From IMG/VR virus record IMGVR_UViG_3300017716_002706, positions 1 to 37,099 of that record: a stretch of DNA of 37,099 nt, one strand, 5' to 3'. This DNA is from a virus (Duplodnaviria; Caudoviricetes). This document shows positions 34,151 through 37,099 of the stretch, in pieces. The first letter of the stretch is position 1. Every line of letters begins with the position of its first letter. Both the position numbers and the translations under genes were made by a program. The notes under the pieces were generated by a model, which saw nothing but the letters and a program-made list of their open reading frames with translations, did not search any database and had not been told where the DNA came from.

Positions 34151-35083
34151 ATGAGCAACGTCGCCGTCCTGCCTTCCGCCCCGAACCAGAACCAGATCAG
34201 CCTGATCCGGCGGACTATCGCCAACGATTGCAACGATGCGGAGTTCGACCTGTTCATGGCCGCCGCGCGGTCTGCCGGTCTGGACCCGTTCCGGAAGCAG
34301 ATCAGCCCGCTCGTCTTCAACAAGAACAAGCCCGACAAGCGGCGCATGTCGATCATCACCACGATTGACGGCCTCCGGTCCATCGCGGCGCGGTCTGGCC
34401 GGTATCGTCCGGACGAAGAGGAGCCGGATTTCTCCTATGACCCGGAAGAGAAGGGGCCGACGAACCCCTTGGGTCTGGTCCGCGCCAAGGTCCGCATTCA
34501 CACCCAGGATGATCAGGGGAAGTGGCACCCGGTCATCGGCGTCGCCTACTGGTTGGAGTTCGCCCCGATCACCGAAGAGTGGGTCGATGACGACGCGACC
34601 GGACGGCGCAAGAAGTCGGGCAAGACGACGTTGGACACCGGCGGCAACTGGGGCCGGATGCCCCGGGTGATGCTGGCCAAGTGCGCCGAGGCCCAGGCCC
34701 TTCGCAAGGCGTTCCCCGACGATCTGTCCGGACTGTATGAGGCCAGCGAGTTCGATCAAGCCAAGGTGGTCGATGTTCTGCCGAGCGAGGCCGTGGCCAT
34801 TGAGGAGCGGGATCAGCGCCTCGCCCGGATCGGCGGGGCCTCCGGTATCCTGTTCCAGATGTTCCCGAACGCGCCGCTGGAGTCGGTCCCGCTGGGGCGG
34901 GTGTTCGATACCGTCGCCGCCCGGGTGAAGGAGATCGAGGCCGCCGAAATGCTCGGGTGGTTCGAGAGTGCCAATCGCGCGCCGCTTCAAGAGTTCTGGG
35001 CTCGCGCCGCTGGTGACGCGCTCGAACTCAAGAAGGTGATCGAGAACCAGCGGACGATGATCGCGGCCCAGGTGCCGGAATGA
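34151..35083 (+). CDS. bet: RecT/Red-beta family single-strand annealing protein
   Basis: GLDPFRKQI, IDGLRSIAARSG and W..MPRVMLAKCAEAQALRKAFP..LSGLY. Confidence 0.92.
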   Translation: MSNVAVLPSAPNQNQISLIRRTIANDCNDAEFDLFMAAARSAGLDPFRKQISPLVFNKNKPDKRRMSIITTIDGLRSIAARSGRYRPDEEEPDFSYDPEEKGPTNPLGLVRAKVRIHTQDDQGKWHPVIGVAYWLEFAPITEEWVDDDATGRRKKSGKTTLDTGGNWGRMPRVMLAKCAEAQALRKAFPDDLSGLYEASEFDQAKVVDVLPSEAVAIEERDQRLARIGGASGILFQMFPNAPLESVPLGRVFDTVAARVKEIEAAEMLGWFESANRAPLQEFWARAAGDALELKKVIENQRTMIAAQVPE

Positions 35084-35481
35084 GCCGGGCCGCCCTTGTT
35101 CTGGCCAGCAAGCGCGAACGGGATCAGGCGATCAACTGGATTGCGAAGGCCCCAGTCAACACGCGCCTTGAGTTCAAGGCCCCCAAGCGCACGATCCCGC
35201 AAAACTCGCTGATGTGGGTTTACCTGACGAAGATCGCTCAGGCTCTGCCGTGGCATGGGGTCCGCCTGACCGCCGACGACTGGAAGCTGATCTTTCTGGA
35301 CGCGCTCAAGCAGGAAGTCCGGATCGTTCCGAACATTGCCGGAACCGGCTTCATCAACCTGGGTCGCTCATCATCCGACCTGTCGCGCGAGGAAATGGGC
35401 GACCTGATCCTGCTGATCCAGTCCTTTGCAGCTCAACACGGCGTTGAGCTAGGTGACGAAGAGCAGGGGCTAGCCGCATGA
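35080..35481 (+). CDS. ninB: NinB/Orf family recombination protein
   Basis: KRTIPQNSLMW..L..IA, DWKLIF and SSSDLSREEMGDLI.LI..F.A.HGV. Confidence 0.88.
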   Translation: MSRAALVLASKRERDQAINWIAKAPVNTRLEFKAPKRTIPQNSLMWVYLTKIAQALPWHGVRLTADDWKLIFLDALKQEVRIVPNIAGTGFINLGRSSSDLSREEMGDLILLIQSFAAQHGVELGDEEQGLAA

Positions 35482-35924
35482 CCCGGCCCCTATGGGAGAT
35501 CGCCAACGACCTGACCCGGCTCCGTGCCGAGAAGCGGGCCGCCAAGTCGCAGACCTTCAAGCCCGGCCACGTCCGGTCCCGGTCGTTCAAGCCGGAGGGC
35601 GAGGGACAGAGGCAGCCTCGCGAACGTGACCCCGGCTTTCTGGCGTTCCTCCGTCGCCAGCCGTGTGCGGCCGCCCACGTCGGCGGATGCTCCGGACCGA
35701 TTCAGGCGGCCCATATCAGATATTCCGACGTGAAGGCCGGGTCTGTGAACCCCGGCATCGGGCGGAAAAATCATGACCGCTTCGCCACGGCATTGTGCGA
35801 GGCCCATCATATCCACGGTCAACATCGGACGAACGAACGGGCCTGGTGGGCATCGATCGACCGGGACGCCTATGAGACGGCCGCCGCTCTCTACGCCGCC
35901 TACAGCGCGGGGGAGGCCGCATGA
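35478..35924 (+). CDS. DUF968-like Cys/His (HNH-related) protein
   Basis: LAFLRRQPC....C...AAHIR...DRFATALC..HH...QH..NE..WW. Confidence 0.7.
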   Translation: MTRPLWEIANDLTRLRAEKRAAKSQTFKPGHVRSRSFKPEGEGQRQPRERDPGFLAFLRRQPCAAAHVGGCSGPIQAAHIRYSDVKAGSVNPGIGRKNHDRFATALCEAHHIHGQHRTNERAWWASIDRDAYETAAALYAAYSAGEAA

Positions 35925-36268
35925 CCGGGGCCTATGTCCAGCTTGAGCCGGTCGAGACGTTCACGCTCCCGAACAAGCGCGGCTTTGCGGCGGCGCGGAT
36001 CGAGCTTGGCCGGTTCGGTGAGGGCTGGAGCAACGCGGTCCAGTTTCAACAAGCTGGCGGCGATATGTGGGGCCACGGGGAGCCGATGGGCTACTGGGAC
36101 GTCCGGAAGCCTGAACGGCTGTTCACGACCCGTGACGAAGCCCTGTCGGATGCCATCGCCCGGCTCCGCGAGATCATGGGCCGACGCCCGGTGGAACTCG
36201 CCCCGCAACTGGCGTGGCTGGACACCCTGGCTCCCGATCAAGCCGACCTGTTTGGAGGGGCCGCATGA
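35921..36268 (+). CDS. Hypothetical protein (115 aa)
   Basis: ATGA-coupled; C-terminal QADLF resembles a beta-clamp-binding motif. Confidence 0.7.
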   Translation: MTGAYVQLEPVETFTLPNKRGFAAARIELGRFGEGWSNAVQFQQAGGDMWGHGEPMGYWDVRKPERLFTTRDEALSDAIARLREIMGRRPVELAPQLAWLDTLAPDQADLFGGAA

Positions 36269-36399
36269 CCCCGTCGAACGCCCGCGTGATCGCTGAGCTT
36301 CAGGCCTTCCGCATCGCCCTGGCACTGGTCGGCGGCGATCTGTCCAAGGTTCCCGAGATCATGAAACCTCAATCCCAGCAGAAGGACCAAGACCAATGA
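36265..36399 (+). CDS. Small hypothetical protein (44 aa)
   Basis: GGAGG RBS; ATGA coupling on both sides; MTPSNARVIAELQAF... Confidence 0.65.
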   Translation: MTPSNARVIAELQAFRIALALVGGDLSKVPEIMKPQSQQKDQDQ

Positions 36400-37099
36400 C
36401 GACTGTTATCGCTGAGCGCCTTGAGCGCGTCACTGCATTGAAGCGCGGAAACACCGCTGAGAACGATGATGGAAACTTCTGCGTGATGGAAGCCGTTGCC
36501 TATGTAGCAGGCGAACCTTGGTCCGATCATCCGCAATGCACCTGCCTCGTCATCACCGCCTTTATGGTGTCGTGGAACGATGGTCTGGATGATGCCGACC
36601 GGACGCGGCTGCTTGCTCCGCTGATCCCGCATCTGGTCGGGACGCGAGGGTCAAAGGCTCTGCAAAATCGCCGCGCGACGATGGCGGCGGATTGGTATGT
36701 CAGGGTTCAGACGCCCGCATGGCTCCGGCTTGCTGGACTAACTGAACAGGCCGACGCGCTGGCCAACTTCCCCGAGATCACCGATTTTGCCAATACGCCA
36801 TCGTTGATGCCCACGCTGAACGGAATCCGAAAAGACGCGGCCGCCGCAGGGGCCGCCGCATGGGACGCCGCAGGGGCCGCCGCAGGGGCCGCCGCATGGG
36901 ACGCCGCACGGGCCGCCGCAGGGGCCGCATGGGACGCCGCATGGGACGCCGCAGGGGCCGCCGCAGGGGACGCCGCATGGGCCGCCGCAGGGGACGCCGC
37001 ATGGGCCGCCGCATGGGCCGCACGGGCCGCCGCAGGGGCCGCCGCAGCGGCCGCCGCACGGGCCGCCGCAGGGGCCGCATGGGACGCCGCATGGGATCC
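36396..37099 (+). CDS. N-terminal part of the Ala/Trp-repeat (AAWD) protein, about 314 aa when joined to 1-294
   Basis: MTTVIAERLE...CVMEAVAYVAGEPWSDHPQCTC...WNDGL...ADWYVRVQTPAWLRLAGL, then repeats; no stop before the window end; in frame with base 1. Confidence 0.85.
   Translation, partial: MTTVIAERLERVTALKRGNTAENDDGNFCVMEAVAYVAGEPWSDHPQCTCLVITAFMVSWNDGLDDADRTRLLAPLIPHLVGTRGSKALQNRRATMAADWYVRVQTPAWLRLAGLTEQADALANFPEITDFANTPSLMPTLNGIRKDAAAAGAAAWDAAGAAAGAAAWDAARAAAGAAWDAAWDAAGAAAGDAAWAAAGDAAWAAAWAARAAAGAAAAAAARAAAGAAWDAAWD
36838..37096 (+). repeat. Coding minisatellite of 9- and 12-bp units, first half; includes terminal overlap copy 2 (37047-37096)
   Basis: Repeating gccgccgcaggg, gacgccgcatgg and gccgccgcacgg units. 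Confidence 0.95.

Larger units (their letters stand above)
1..37099. mobile_element. Complete temperate bacteriophage genome in excised/circular form, P22-like podovirus architecture, probable alphaproteobacterial host
   Basis: Integration, immunity, replication, packaging, head, short-tail, ejection and lysis modules are all present. No recognisable tape measure, tail tube or sheath. No host housekeeping genes. 50-bp terminal overlap; attP intact. Confidence 0.95.

Noticed and set aside
36778-37092. Minus-strand MRRPMRPLRRP ORF
   Set aside because: Antisense shadow of the same minisatellite, opposing the operon direction.
36838-37096. Possible CRISPR array or diversity-generating retroelement repeat
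   Set aside because: Units are 9-12 bp and contiguous with no unique spacers. No cas or reverse transcriptase gene, no template/variable repeat pair, and the variation is not adenine-specific.

Overview
The window looks like the complete, circularly permuted genome (~37.05 kb) of a GC-rich temperate podovirus-type phage. Bases 1-50 are repeated exactly at 37047-37096, and one gene runs in frame across that junction. The host is probably an alphaproteobacterium, perhaps Caulobacterales (inferred from a GcrA homolog and many Ala-Ala C-termini). Organisation is lambdoid/P22-like. The + strand early operon (32808 -> junction -> 3887) carries Gp157-like, RecT/Bet, NinB, DUF968-like, an Ala/Trp-repeat protein, a thermonuclease, an Xis-like protein and a tyrosine integrase. 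An intact attP follows, carrying the 5' half of tRNA-Lys(UUU). A cI/cro switch with TGTGCA-N5-TGCACA operators lies at 31.4-32.8 kb. The - strand carries cro, a CII-like gene, GcrA, DnaB, an iteron-containing replication initiator, terminase, P22-like portal/scaffold/coat, adaptor, tail fibres, tail nozzle, ejection proteins, holin/GH108 endolysin/spanins and an HTH-metallophosphoesterase. The most unusual features are the 5'-half tRNA attP, a hypervariable 9/12-bp repeat gene bounded by 13-bp direct repeats, shared junction motifs across the early operon, a three-hairpin RNA after cro, an antisense membrane gene overlapping an ejection gene, and a mini-paralog of an ejection-protein N-terminus. 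All family calls come from motif recognition and synteny, not database searches.
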